This document shows, piece after piece, positions 24,550 to 34,240 of a stretch of 64,000 nt of DNA. Source of the DNA: Phycisphaerae bacterium (GTDB taxonomy: Bacteria > Planctomycetota > Phycisphaerae > UBA1845); the NCBI GenBank assembly GCA_035356615.1, contig DAOQSN010000030.1, positions 167 to 64,166 on the forward strand, given 5' to 3'. Position numbers and translations under genes: made by a program. The notes under the pieces were generated by a model. It saw only the letters and a program-made list of their open reading frames with translations, was not told the DNA's origin and searched no databases. Position 1 is the stretch's first letter. The number at the start of each line of letters is the position of its first letter.

Positions 24550-27240
24550 CTATCTTCTCTCCAGCTCGTCCAGTTTCACTTGGAACCGGTTCAGCGTATC
24601 CGGGCTGAGCAGGAAGACATCCGCGTGATCTTCGAGGCAGGCGTAGTAGCTCCCCTTCGGGTCGCCCGGGCACTTCATCGCGGACACCCGGAGTCCCACT
24701 GCGGCACCGTCGTCCAGCACCACATGCGCCTCCTGGGCGGGTTGATGCAGACCGAAGCGGGCCAGGTCCGTCGCGCCGTAGGTGACGTAATCCTCAAGCT
24801 TCAGGTCGCCAAGCTGGAGCAGCAGGTTCTTCACCTTCTGGTCATCCAGCGGCAGGTCGGGGACGGGGGCGTAGTGCCAGCTCTCCCCGGCGCGCTCGAA
24901 GCTGTGCGTTTGTTCACCGGACCGGATGCGGAACGCAACGACCGCAGCCGCGTCGAACCGCAGCACGTCCTGGAGACGATACCGGGCACGCAGGCGGTCC
25001 AGAAACGCCCGGCCAAGCTCGTAGACCACCGTCCGGTCCGCGCGCTGCGCGTAGACTCTGCCGTCATGCTCGCCGATCAGCAGTTCATACGCCTCGTCCG
25101 GCGGCTGGACCAGCGTGACCTCCATCGGAGCGGGGCCTTGGTCCGCATCGGCATCTACGGCCGGTGCTGCTGCCGGCGCCGCACCGTCGCCCTCGGGTGC
25201 ATCGGCAGGCTGAGCCGCTTCCTCAACGGCGTCGGGCGCCTCTGCCGGCTCGCCGTCGGCGGGGGCAGGCTCCGCGCCCGGCTTCGCTGCCTCATCAGCA
25301 GCAGGCGGCGGCGATACCGACGCGGGCTGCGCGCGATACGTCGGTGGCGGCTGGTAGAAGAAGCTGACCTTCGCCGCCGGCGATGCCAGACCGTAGGCCG
25401 CCGCATCCGCATCGTCGCCCGCGATGTTCTGGGCGCTGAGGCCGGCGATGCCCTCGACCAGCTCGGTGAACTTCTGCCGGTCCACCTCCGCTTTCACCGG
25501 GAAAACCAGCCGCCAAGCGTCCTCGCCACGCGCAAACGTGTGCACCTGTCGTTCCGGCAGGTAGCGGTTGTTGGTCTCGATGGTGATCTGCCGGATGCGG
25601 TCCGCCGGCAGGGCGAACACCGTGCGGTCGCGGTACGTCGATGGGGCGCGCAGCAGCGGCTCGACGTCCCGCACGCGAACCTTCGCAATCGACGTGGACG
25701 CGTTACGCTGCACATAAACGAGGAGCTTGGCCGTAGTGTCCGTGAAACTGCCGATGCGGATACGCTCCGGCTCCGCCAGACCCGGAACCAGCAGGCGAAC
25801 TTCCGCCCGCGGCGTGTCGAGACCGAAGGGACCCACGTCGCCGGTGACGCCGTCCTCAAAGGCCACCGCCTTCAGCCCGTCGATTGCCGTCAACAACGCG
25901 GCAACCTCCTCCCCCTGCGCGTCCCAATCATCCTGCGCGAATCTCCACCGGGAGCCCTGTCGCTCCAGGACCGCCGAGGTGCCCTCGATGGCCAGCTCGA
26001 TCCGGTTGGCGTTCTTGACCGGCGCGGTAGTGACGCGCATCTCCCGCCACTCCGCCATCACGGGCCTGAACCCGTCGGCCGAGGTCTTCAGCAGGGTGGC
26101 GACGGCCGTCTGGTCACCAATGCGCACGTACACCTTGGTGTCCTCGCCAATAGGCGACTGGCTGGAGATGTGCAGTTCATAGGTGACGAGTCGGGTCGCC
26201 GGTGGCTTCGGCTCGGTCGTTTCGGTCGGCGCGGTTCCGTCGGTTTCCGCAACTTCCTTCCCGTCCGCGGCGGGGGTCGTCACGGGCTTGTCCGCAACCG
26301 GCGGCGTGGTGCCCGCGGGTTCCGTGGGGGCTGCGGCGGGCTCCGCGCCCTGGGGCTGCTCGCCTTCGGCTGCGGGGGCCTGCGGCACCGGTTCCTCAAC
26401 GGTAACGCGCACGGTCACGGCGGCCGGGTCGAGCCCGTACAGGCGGGCGGCCTGCGGCTTATCATCCCGCCACTTCTCGACGCGCAGGCGGCTCATGGTG
26501 CGCAGCATCTGGTCGACCTTGTCGGTAGCGCGGGCGACGGCCGGGGCGTCCATCATCCAGCCGCCGTCGGCCCGGGCGAAGCGATAATCCACCGGCGCCT
26601 CGGGCGCTGAGCGATCGGTAATCTCCACCCCCTTGACCTTCTCGACGGTGAAGTCCCAAAGCTGGGTGTCGCGGTACTCGATGGCCGTCGGCTTCAGCAA
26701 CGTGCTCAAGTTCGTCTTGACGGCATAGATGGTCGCGCTGCCAGGACGGCGGACGTAGGTCGTTCCCGGCCCGGCGGCCTTGCCCACCTCGAGCGTCACG
26801 GACTTGCCGCCCGCGTCGGTCAACGTGAACGTGGTCTGCGGCGGTTCGAGCCCGGCCTGCCCCGCGCTGACGGCATCCGGCTGACCGGGTTCGTAACTGA
26901 TTTCATATTCGAGGCCGAGCAGCACGCGCGAGAAGCGGTCCACCTCCCAGACAATCGCCGGGACGTTCAGTGGCGCGGTCATGCGCCACTTCGGCTCCGC
27001 GGCGTCCTTCGGCTCCACGCGTTCGAACACCCAGGGCTCCCCCCCGGCCCTGGCGCATGCCACCTTCGCCGGCTGATCCAGTTCGCTGTCGTCGATCAGG
27101 CGACGGGCCAATTCCGCAGGCTTGCCCGTGAGCTCCACCTCGCTGATACCGGTGTCCCGCCCGCGCGGCACGTACACTAGCACGACCACCACCAGAGCCA
27201 GCAGCAGGAAGGCCAGGAAGAGTGTTGTTCTGGCATTCAT
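24550..27240 (-). CDS. Multi-DUF4340 domain protein with an N-terminal membrane anchor
   Basis: N-terminal TM; repeated W-x-M/L-x-x-P...YGLxxP modules; Ala/Pro/Glu-rich linkers. Last gene of a GldA/F/G-like operon. Confidence 0.8.
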   Translation of the reverse strand: MNARTTLFLAFLLLALVVVVLVYVPRGRDTGISEVELTGKPAELARRLIDDSELDQPAKVACARAGGEPWVFERVEPKDAAEPKWRMTAPLNVPAIVWEVDRFSRVLLGLEYEISYEPGQPDAVSAGQAGLEPPQTTFTLTDAGGKSVTLEVGKAAGPGTTYVRRPGSATIYAVKTNLSTLLKPTAIEYRDTQLWDFTVEKVKGVEITDRSAPEAPVDYRFARADGGWMMDAPAVARATDKVDQMLRTMSRLRVEKWRDDKPQAARLYGLDPAAVTVRVTVEEPVPQAPAAEGEQPQGAEPAAAPTEPAGTTPPVADKPVTTPAADGKEVAETDGTAPTETTEPKPPATRLVTYELHISSQSPIGEDTKVYVRIGDQTAVATLLKTSADGFRPVMAEWREMRVTTAPVKNANRIELAIEGTSAVLERQGSRWRFAQDDWDAQGEEVAALLTAIDGLKAVAFEDGVTGDVGPFGLDTPRAEVRLLVPGLAEPERIRIGSFTDTTAKLLVYVQRNASTSIAKVRVRDVEPLLRAPSTYRDRTVFALPADRIRQITIETNNRYLPERQVHTFARGEDAWRLVFPVKAEVDRQKFTELVEGIAGLSAQNIAGDDADAAAYGLASPAAKVSFFYQPPPTYRAQPASVSPPPAADEAAKPGAEPAPADGEPAEAPDAVEEAAQPADAPEGDGAAPAAAPAVDADADQGPAPMEVTLVQPPDEAYELLIGEHDGRVYAQRADRTVVYELGRAFLDRLRARYRLQDVLRFDAAAVVAFRIRSGEQTHSFERAGESWHYAPVPDLPLDDQKVKNLLLQLGDLKLEDYVTYGATDLARFGLHQPAQEAHVVLDDGAAVGLRVSAMKCPGDPKGSYYACLEDHADVFLLSPDTLNRFQVKLDELERR

Positions 27241-27247
27241 CTTGAGT

Positions 27248-29410
27248 CTACCCTCGTCGTACCCACCAGACCACCAGACCGCAGGCGACCACCAGCAACG
27301 GCAGCCCGAAGATGGTCGCCACCTGCACGATACGCACGGTCCGCTCGTTGTCGACCGCCAGCACGGCCGTGTCGATCGGCTGGCCGATGTTCATGAACTG
27401 CTCGTTGTCGTTGAGCCAGTGCAGGCTGTTGATCAGCAGCGTCACGTTGCCGGGGTTGCGCGAGCGGACCACCAGCCCCTCAGGTCCGAGGCTGAGGGTC
27501 TTGGAGAGCGCCACGGCATCGTACAGGAACTCGCGCGAGCCGATGACCACGACCTTCGCGTCGCCCTTCTGGGCGGCCGCCGCGAGGAGGAATGGACCCT
27601 CCGGGTCGCCCTCGACCTTGCGGATGAACTCCTCGCTTTGTTGCTCGATGTACTTCTGCACGTCGCGGGCGCCCCAAATGCCGTCGACGGCCAATTGGGT
27701 CACCAACTCGGTGCGGGTCACTCCCTCAGGCGCCGCGCCGTCCAGCCTGAGGGGAGCACACCAGGGCAGGAAGAGCAGCCGCGCATGCGGGCTATTGACG
27801 ATCACGTGCTCCCCGACTTCCAGCTTGTCCATGAGGACAATCGGCTGGGGCGGGGCAAACATGTATTTCCCCGGCTGGAGGGCGACCAGCCGCAGCAGCA
27901 GCGTGGAACTCTCCGCGTCGATGCCCCAGGTGTCCTTCAGATACTGGGCATACTCATACGTAGACGGGATCGGCCCGAACGGGCCCGGTGCCCAGCCGGC
28001 GACGAACAGGGCGCGACCCTTATCGCCGATGGCGGTCAGCAACGCCTGCCGGTGCGTCTCGTCAAACGGACGATCGCCGGTGTCCTGACCGAACTGCCCG
28101 CGCTCCGGCGGATTCGGCTTCAGCACCACGTAGATGGTGCGCGTGGGAGCAGGGTCGATCGTCTGCGGCGTCAGGCTGCTCTTGAGGTCCCACTCGTCGA
28201 CGACGAAGTTGGCGTCCTCGAGCTGCGTCCGCATCTCCGTCAGCGGCGCCGGCGGTTGCCCCGGCATGAACCCGCCGAAGAACAGCGGCTGCCCGCCGTA
28301 GCGCACGAACACCACGGCCGGACGCTCCTTGTGCGTTACCCGCAGGATGGCGGCCGTCAGCTTCTGTTCGCCGTTGAAGGAACGGTCCTTGAAACCCACA
28401 CGTTCCGCCCCGGGCCCCTGCCGCAGTGGCGGCCACAGCTCGGTGAAATCGACAACGGTCGCGTCGGCGTCCGTCTCCACCAGCAGGGCGTTGCCGGTGG
28501 GAGTAAGCTGGTCGGTGATCGACGCCAATTCCAGGGGCTTGAGCTGTTGCAGCGCGTTTACCTCGGCCTCCAGCACCGGGCCGATGGACGCGAGCCGCTC
28601 CTGCACTCCCTGAAGGTACTGCAGCTCGGCGGGCGGCAGGTTGGGGTTCTTGCCGGCCTCAACCCGCGCGAACGCGCCGATCTTCTCGAACGACTCCTTG
28701 AAACCGCTGTACAAGGGCCTCAGGACGCTGGTGGCGACGGCGTACTGGGGATTGTCCAGCGCCATCGCCTCGTCAACCATCTTCCGGTTGCGCTGCAGCT
28801 CAGCCGCCATTTGCTCGAGCGACGCGTCGATGCGCGCGACCGGCACCGACAACGAGGGCCCGCCCAGCCCACCGCCCAGCCCCGCGATGGCGGCCTGCTC
28901 GCTCTCCAGCAGCGCCCCGAGCTGACCGCACAGGTCGTCGGTGAACTTGTTGAGGTGCCCGGTGTAGGCCGCCACCTCCTCCTGGAACCGCGGAACCTCA
29001 CGCAAACGGGCGAGCGCCTGCTTGAACTTGCCGTGGTCCTTGAGGGGGTTGATCCAGTCGGCCGCTACCTTGCCTCGGTTGAGGCCTTCGTACAGCCGCA
29101 GCAGGTCGGCGACCGCCTGGCGGTACTTGGGCTGGTCCTCGTCCTCGCGGTCGGTCTCAAAGTAGAACGACGTCAGCCGCAGGTTCGTGTCGAGCTTGCG
29201 GACGAGGCGCTCCGTGCCGTCGCTGAGGCTGTTGACCCCCGAGGAGGTCATGTCCGCCCGCACCGGCACCGCCTGGGCGAACACCCACTGGAGCACCCCC
29301 ACCACACCCGCCAGCAGGACGACCGCCACCAGCACGTTTGTCCCCACCAGCACCCGCCGGCCGGAGCTTACCGTCGTCCCGCTCGCCGTGCTTGTGTCTT
29401 CTACCGCCAT
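27248..29410 (-). CDS. GldG-family ABC-type auxiliary component
   Basis: N-terminal TM, DMTSSGVNSLSDGT, GEQKLTAAILRV, GNVTLLINSLHWL, C-terminal TM ending WWVRRG. Confidence 0.82.
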   Translation of the reverse strand: MAVEDTSTASGTTVSSGRRVLVGTNVLVAVVLLAGVVGVLQWVFAQAVPVRADMTSSGVNSLSDGTERLVRKLDTNLRLTSFYFETDREDEDQPKYRQAVADLLRLYEGLNRGKVAADWINPLKDHGKFKQALARLREVPRFQEEVAAYTGHLNKFTDDLCGQLGALLESEQAAIAGLGGGLGGPSLSVPVARIDASLEQMAAELQRNRKMVDEAMALDNPQYAVATSVLRPLYSGFKESFEKIGAFARVEAGKNPNLPPAELQYLQGVQERLASIGPVLEAEVNALQQLKPLELASITDQLTPTGNALLVETDADATVVDFTELWPPLRQGPGAERVGFKDRSFNGEQKLTAAILRVTHKERPAVVFVRYGGQPLFFGGFMPGQPPAPLTEMRTQLEDANFVVDEWDLKSSLTPQTIDPAPTRTIYVVLKPNPPERGQFGQDTGDRPFDETHRQALLTAIGDKGRALFVAGWAPGPFGPIPSTYEYAQYLKDTWGIDAESSTLLLRLVALQPGKYMFAPPQPIVLMDKLEVGEHVIVNSPHARLLFLPWCAPLRLDGAAPEGVTRTELVTQLAVDGIWGARDVQKYIEQQSEEFIRKVEGDPEGPFLLAAAAQKGDAKVVVIGSREFLYDAVALSKTLSLGPEGLVVRSRNPGNVTLLINSLHWLNDNEQFMNIGQPIDTAVLAVDNERTVRIVQVATIFGLPLLVVACGLVVWWVRRG

Positions 29411-30120
29411 CGTCGCATCTCCAGCCACTTGACCGTCAGGAAGAGGAAGAAGACCGTGGTGGTCAGGAAGAACACCACGTGATTAAGGTCCACCAGCCCC
29501 CGCACGAAGTCCATGAAGTGCGCCCGGATGGACAGTTGCTGCAACAGGGCCCGCAGTGCGCCCGTAACCTTCTGCGCCAGGGCGTGGGAAGCGAAGGTCA
29601 TCAACACCAGTACCGCCAGCGACAGCAGCACCGCGATCATCTGGTGCGGCGTGCACGCACTGAAGAACAGCCCCACGCTGATGTACAACGCCCCCAGCAG
29701 CAGCAGGCCCAGGTAGTGGCACGCCAGCAACCCCCCGTCCACCGGTCCGAAGAACGACAGGATCAGCGGATACACCAGCATGATCACCAGCAACACGAGA
29801 TAGTACACGTACGCGCCGAGGAACTTGCCCAGCACTACGTCGACTTCCGTGACCGGCGCCGTCATCAGCATCTCGATGGTGCCCGCCCGCACCTCCTCCG
29901 CCAGCAGACGCATGGTCAGCACCGGGATGACGAACACCAGGATGACCATGATCCACCCGTCGAACATGGGGCGCAACGACGCCTCACCCCCGGCGCGGAA
30001 GGTACCGAGCCCGAAGGCCAGCCCGGCCGTAAGCAGGAACACGGCCGCCACGATGTAGGCGATCGGCGACAGGAAGTACGCCGCCAGTTCTCGCCGCATG
30101 ACAGTGGGCACGTTCTGCAT
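29401..30120 (-). CDS. ABC-2 type permease (GldF-like)
   Basis: RRELAAYFLSPIAY, LTMRLLAEEVRAGTIEMLMTAPV, VVLGKFLG; about 6 TM segments. Confidence 0.9.
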   Translation of the reverse strand: MQNVPTVMRRELAAYFLSPIAYIVAAVFLLTAGLAFGLGTFRAGGEASLRPMFDGWIMVILVFVIPVLTMRLLAEEVRAGTIEMLMTAPVTEVDVVLGKFLGAYVYYLVLLVIMLVYPLILSFFGPVDGGLLACHYLGLLLLGALYISVGLFFSACTPHQMIAVLLSLAVLVLMTFASHALAQKVTGALRALLQQLSIRAHFMDFVRGLVDLNHVVFFLTTTVFFLFLTVKWLEMRRWR

Positions 30121-30179
30121 CCGAATCCTCCCGATACTGCCCTGCCCCAAACGGCCACCCTCACGAATGGCCCCGCGGC

Positions 30180-30278
30180 GGGTGGCATGGCCAAGCGCAG
30201 CGCCGCCATGCTCTCGTTTGGGCGAGAGGATGGTTCCGGCCCCCGCATGCCGACGCCTTCGGCTTGGGCATGCCACCC
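30180..30278. repeat. GGGTGGCATG-family element between the ABC ATPase and permease genes
   Basis: gggtggcatggccaagcgcagcgccgccatgc ... gcttgggcatgccaccc. Confidence 0.88.
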
Positions 30279-30314
30279 ACTGCTTCCCACGTACGCGTTT
30301 CCATCCACTCAGCC

Positions 30315-31274
30315 TCAGCGGTCCTGTCGGCCGCGCAGGCGTTGCTGCTGCTCGGCCGTCACCTTTACGAAGAAGTCCTCGAGCGTGGCGCCCTCGACGC
30401 GAATCTCGCGGAGCGACCAGCCTTTCGAGGCGACCAGACGGAACACGTCCTCGCGCGGGTCCTGCTGGTCCTTGGTCTCAATGCTCAGTCGCAGCCAGAC
30501 GTCCGCCTCCTGCGTGGAGACCTTGGCGACGGCCGGTAGCGCCCGGATCGCCTTCTCTACTTCCGCCCGGGGCCCTTTGATCTCAGCGCTGAACCGGCCG
30601 GTGCTGCTGAACTGGCTGCGTAGCTCCTGCGGCGCCCCCTGGGCGACGATCCGCCCCATGGCGATGATGATGGCCCGGGTGCAGACCTGCTCGACTTCGG
30701 AGAGAATGTGCGAGCTGAGCAGCACCGTGTGGTCGTGCCCAAGCTGCTGGATCAGCTTGCGGGTCTCGCGAATCTGGGCGGGGTCGAGGCCGATCGTCGG
30801 TTCGTCCAGAATGAGCACGTCCGGCTCGTGCATGATCGCATCGGCGAGGCCCACCCGCTGCCGCATGCCCTTGGAAAGCTGCCCAATCGGACGGCCAATG
30901 AACTCCGTCAGCCAGCAGCGCTCCGCCACCCGCTCGATGGCTTTGGTCCGCTGGGCCGCGGCCATGCCCCGTAGCTTGCCGCGAAACTGGAGAAACTCGC
31001 GGACCCGCATTTCTGGATAGAGGGGTGCCGACTCGGGCAAATACCCAATCCGCCGACGGACCGCCATCGACTCGGTAAACACATCGTGCCCCCCCACAGT
31101 CGCCCAGCCCGACGTGGCCGGGTGGTAGCACGTCAGGATGCGGATCGTCGTGGTCTTACCCGCCCCGTTAGGGCCCAGGAAGCCCACGACCCCGCCCCGA
31201 TCGACCGCGAAGGACACCTGATCGACCGCGACGATCGCCCCAAACCGCTTGCTTAGCTGTCTCACCTCTATCAT
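30315..31274 (-). CDS. ABC transporter ATP-binding protein (GldA-like)
   Basis: GPNGAGKTT, LSKGMRQR, LILDEPT, SSH. Confidence 0.93.
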   Translation of the reverse strand: MIEVRQLSKRFGAIVAVDQVSFAVDRGGVVGFLGPNGAGKTTTIRILTCYHPATSGWATVGGHDVFTESMAVRRRIGYLPESAPLYPEMRVREFLQFRGKLRGMAAAQRTKAIERVAERCWLTEFIGRPIGQLSKGMRQRVGLADAIMHEPDVLILDEPTIGLDPAQIRETRKLIQQLGHDHTVLLSSHILSEVEQVCTRAIIIAMGRIVAQGAPQELRSQFSSTGRFSAEIKGPRAEVEKAIRALPAVAKVSTQEADVWLRLSIETKDQQDPREDVFRLVASKGWSLREIRVEGATLEDFFVKVTAEQQQRLRGRQDR

Positions 31275-31500
31275 GGCGTTCTCTTGCCCGTGCCGCTGGT
31301 CGTTGGAGAAAACCGGCTTCGTCCCGGCCGGGACGCGCGGACTGTAGCACGCGGCGAATCTAACAAGCACGGGTGGCCTGTCAAGACGATTCCGCCGCGG
31401 GCCGCTCGTGGGGGGGTGACGACGCCGCCGGGCCGATCCTGTCACAAAGTCGGCGTAACCCAAATGGCCCCACGGAGAGCGGACCCGGGCAACGGGAACC

Positions 31501-31617
31501 GGGTGGCATGGTCAAGCGCAGCGCCGCCATGCCGTCGCGGAGCCCAGCGTCAAGGAGTCCGCAACCGCATGCCGGCGCCCGCCCACCGTGGATCGGGCGT
31601 TCCACTTGGGCATGGCC
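31501..31617. repeat. GGGTGGCATG-family element
   Basis: gggtggcatggtcaagcgcagcgccgccatgc ... acttgggcatggcc. Confidence 0.8.
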
Positions 31618-31710
31618 GGGGGACGCTCCCCCGTGACTCCCCTGATGGCAAGGCAGGTTTCGGCCCGTCAGACAACTGAGCCGTTGGGCGCAGCGGCGGG
31701 GGAGGAGAGG

Positions 31711-32571
31711 TCAGGCTGGTAGGGCCTCCGTGGTGGGTGGGGTGCCGAGTGCGGCCGGGCCGGCAGGGCCGACCGAAGCGGGCAAGGCGAGCGCGGCCAC
31801 CGCGCTTGCCGGCTCCGCCGCTTGCTCGGCGCGCTCCTCATGCCAGCGCAGCAGCTCGAGGGAGCCGTCCTCGTGCTCGACCAGAGCCGTGCAGCTCTCG
31901 ATCCAGTCCCCGGTGTTGCAGTAGAGGATGCCCTGGGCTTCGCGCAGGGCGGCTTGGTGGATGTGACCGCAGATGACGCCGTCCACGCCGAGGCGCTTGG
32001 CCTCGGCCACCAGCAGTTCCTCGAACTTGTTCACGTAGCGGACCGTCTGCTTCACCTTGCGCTTGATGGCGCCCGAGAAGCTCCAATACGGCTTGCCGAA
32101 CCAGCGGCGGACGAGGTTGACGATGCGGTTGACGCCGATGAGATACTGGTACGCCCAGCTCCCCAGGTGCGACAGCCACTCGTGGTGTCGAACGACCGTG
32201 TCGAACTCATCACCGTGCGTGACCAGGAAGCGTCGCCCGTCGGCCGTCACGTGGATGGCCTGGTTGACAATCTCCACCTGGCCGAAGTGATACCCGGCGA
32301 ACTGACGGAAGAAGTCGTCGTGGTTGCCGGGGATATAGCAGACCTTCGCGCCCTTGCGGGAACGCTTGAGGAGCTTGTGGACAACCTCGTTGTACTGGTC
32401 CGGCCAGTACCACCGCCGGCGCAGTGCCCACACGTCGATCATGTCGCCGACCAGGTAGAGGTAGTCGCACCGGATCGAATCGAGGAAGTCATGCAGAACC
32501 GCGCTCTGGCTGTCGCGCGTGCACAGGTGGGCGTCGGATATCCAGACGCTGCGGTAGTATCTCATGCTCAT
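31711..32571 (-). CDS. Calcineurin-like metallophosphoesterase, UDP-2,3-diacylglucosamine diphosphatase (LpxH-like) family
   Basis: ISDAHL, LVGDMID, PGNHD, THGD, CGHIH, NTGDW. Confidence 0.85.
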   Translation of the reverse strand: MSMRYYRSVWISDAHLCTRDSQSAVLHDFLDSIRCDYLYLVGDMIDVWALRRRWYWPDQYNEVVHKLLKRSRKGAKVCYIPGNHDDFFRQFAGYHFGQVEIVNQAIHVTADGRRFLVTHGDEFDTVVRHHEWLSHLGSWAYQYLIGVNRIVNLVRRWFGKPYWSFSGAIKRKVKQTVRYVNKFEELLVAEAKRLGVDGVICGHIHQAALREAQGILYCNTGDWIESCTALVEHEDGSLELLRWHEERAEQAAEPASAVAALALPASVGPAGPAALGTPPTTEALPA

Positions 32572-33115
32572 CGGCCGTGCCTTGCAAGTGCAACCCGCTC
32601 AGGACGGCAGGCCGCTGCCGGCGTGTTCCCCATGTCGTCGCCCCGGGTCGGCGCCAAACCAGAAGGTCGGCTTACCCGCAGAGGCGCAAAACGCCCCGGG
32701 CACCTGGACGACGGTATTCGGAATCGTAGGACGTTCGGTCTGCCCAATCCAGCCCCGTCCACAGGCGGGAGATCGTCGACGCCCGGCCGCTGTCCGGTCG
32801 GGAACATCGCCAAGTCCTTGTCCCGCCTGATCTTATTGTACGGTCCGGTTCATCAAGACCGTGTGAAGAACACGTATCGCCTTTGCGAATAGCCAAACAA
32901 TTCACAAGCCCGATCGCCCCTGTCGGCACCGGCCTTCGTGCTGCCCGCGGGTTCCGGGCGCGTGACGGGGGGCTGGGGGTGCACCCAGGACGCTGCTGGC
33001 AGCAAGACGCAAGCCTGCGGCCGGGAACTGCCCGTGGTCGCGACGGTCAGCCGGTTTGCGCCCGATCCCCCAGTGCGGTTGACACCCAACGGCATCGAGG
33101 CATACGGTTCCCGGC

Positions 33116-34240
33116 ATGGGCAAGATCACCATCGTCGTCCTGGTGGCCGCCGGCATCGTGGGCGTATTGTGGCTCAGTCAGCAGCAGAGGGGGCCTTTGT
33201 GGGTCTCGGGCTACATTGAGTCGGACGAGATCCGGGTCGGCTCCCGGGTCGGCGGGCGCGTCAGCGAAGTGCTGGTTCGCGAGGGACAGAAGGTCGCGCG
33301 GGGGGACGCGCTCGTCAAGCTGGAGCCCTTTGACCTGCGGGAACGCCGGGCGGGTGCCGACGCGAACCTGGCGGCCAGCCGAGCCGCGCTGGCCAGGTTG
33401 CAGGCGGGGTATCGCCCGGAGGAGATCGAGCAGGCGCGGGCGAGGCGGGACCGCTTCCAGGCGGTGCTGGCCAAGTTGGAGGCGGGCTCCCGGCCGCTGG
33501 AAATCAAGATCCTGGAGGACCGGCTCGCCGTCGCCCGGGCGGAGTTGGTCCGCGCCGAGGGCGAGTTCACGCGTCTCCAGAAACTCAAGGAGAACAGCCA
33601 GGCGGCCCAGGAGGAGATGGACGAGGCCACCCGCTTCTACGACAGCGCCAAGGCGCGCTTCGCGCAGGCGTCGAACGAGCTGGCTCTCGCGCAGGAGGGC
33701 ACGCGCAAGGAAGAGATCGCAGAAGCCCAGGCCGCCCTCGCCGAGGCCCAGCAGGCGCTCGCGCTGTTCGAGAAGGGCTATCGCCGCGAAGACATCGCGG
33801 AAGCGGAAGCACACGTTGCGGCTGCTCGGGCCACGCTCGACGCCATGGACCGGCAGATTCAGGAACTTGACGTCACGTCTCCGTGTGCCTGCGTGGTGGA
33901 GGCGGTGGACCTGCAACCGGGCGACATGGTGCCCGTGAACGCCCCGGTGGTGTCGCTGCTGGACCCGGCCGTGCTGTGGGTACGGGCGTTTGTACCCGAG
34001 AACCGTCTGGACCTGGCACTGGGCCGGAAGGCGTCCGTCCGCGTCGATTCGTTTCCGCAGCGGCGGTTCGCTGCCCACATCACGTTCATCTCGCGGCAGG
34101 CGGAGTTCACGCCGGCTAACGTGCAGACGCCGGAGGAACGCAGCAAGCAGGTCTTCCGAATCAAGGCGGCGCTCGATGAGGGGCTGGATGTACTGCGGCC
34201 GGGGATGTCGGCCGACGTGCTGCTGGAGCCGGAGTCATGA
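33116..34240 (+). CDS. HlyD-family periplasmic adaptor of an ABC exporter
   Basis: N-terminal TM, SRVGGRV, coiled coil, AEFTPANVQTPEERSKQVFRIK, PGMSADV. Confidence 0.92.
   Translation: MGKITIVVLVAAGIVGVLWLSQQQRGPLWVSGYIESDEIRVGSRVGGRVSEVLVREGQKVARGDALVKLEPFDLRERRAGADANLAASRAALARLQAGYRPEEIEQARARRDRFQAVLAKLEAGSRPLEIKILEDRLAVARAELVRAEGEFTRLQKLKENSQAAQEEMDEATRFYDSAKARFAQASNELALAQEGTRKEEIAEAQAALAEAQQALALFEKGYRREDIAEAEAHVAAARATLDAMDRQIQELDVTSPCACVVEAVDLQPGDMVPVNAPVVSLLDPAVLWVRAFVPENRLDLALGRKASVRVDSFPQRRFAAHITFISRQAEFTPANVQTPEERSKQVFRIKAALDEGLDVLRPGMSADVLLEPES

Noticed and set aside
30121-30276. N-terminal extensions of the ABC permease and ATPase ORFs in the track (also 31275-31463, 35393-35512)
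   Set aside because: They translate intergenic repeat or upstream non-coding DNA. Family-typical starts lie downstream, so I did not count them as in-frame repeat insertions.
32568-32813. 81-aa ORF whose stop overlaps the LpxH-like start
   Set aside because: It has no RBS or motif and a low-complexity Pro/Arg/Gly composition. The overlap alone is insufficient support.
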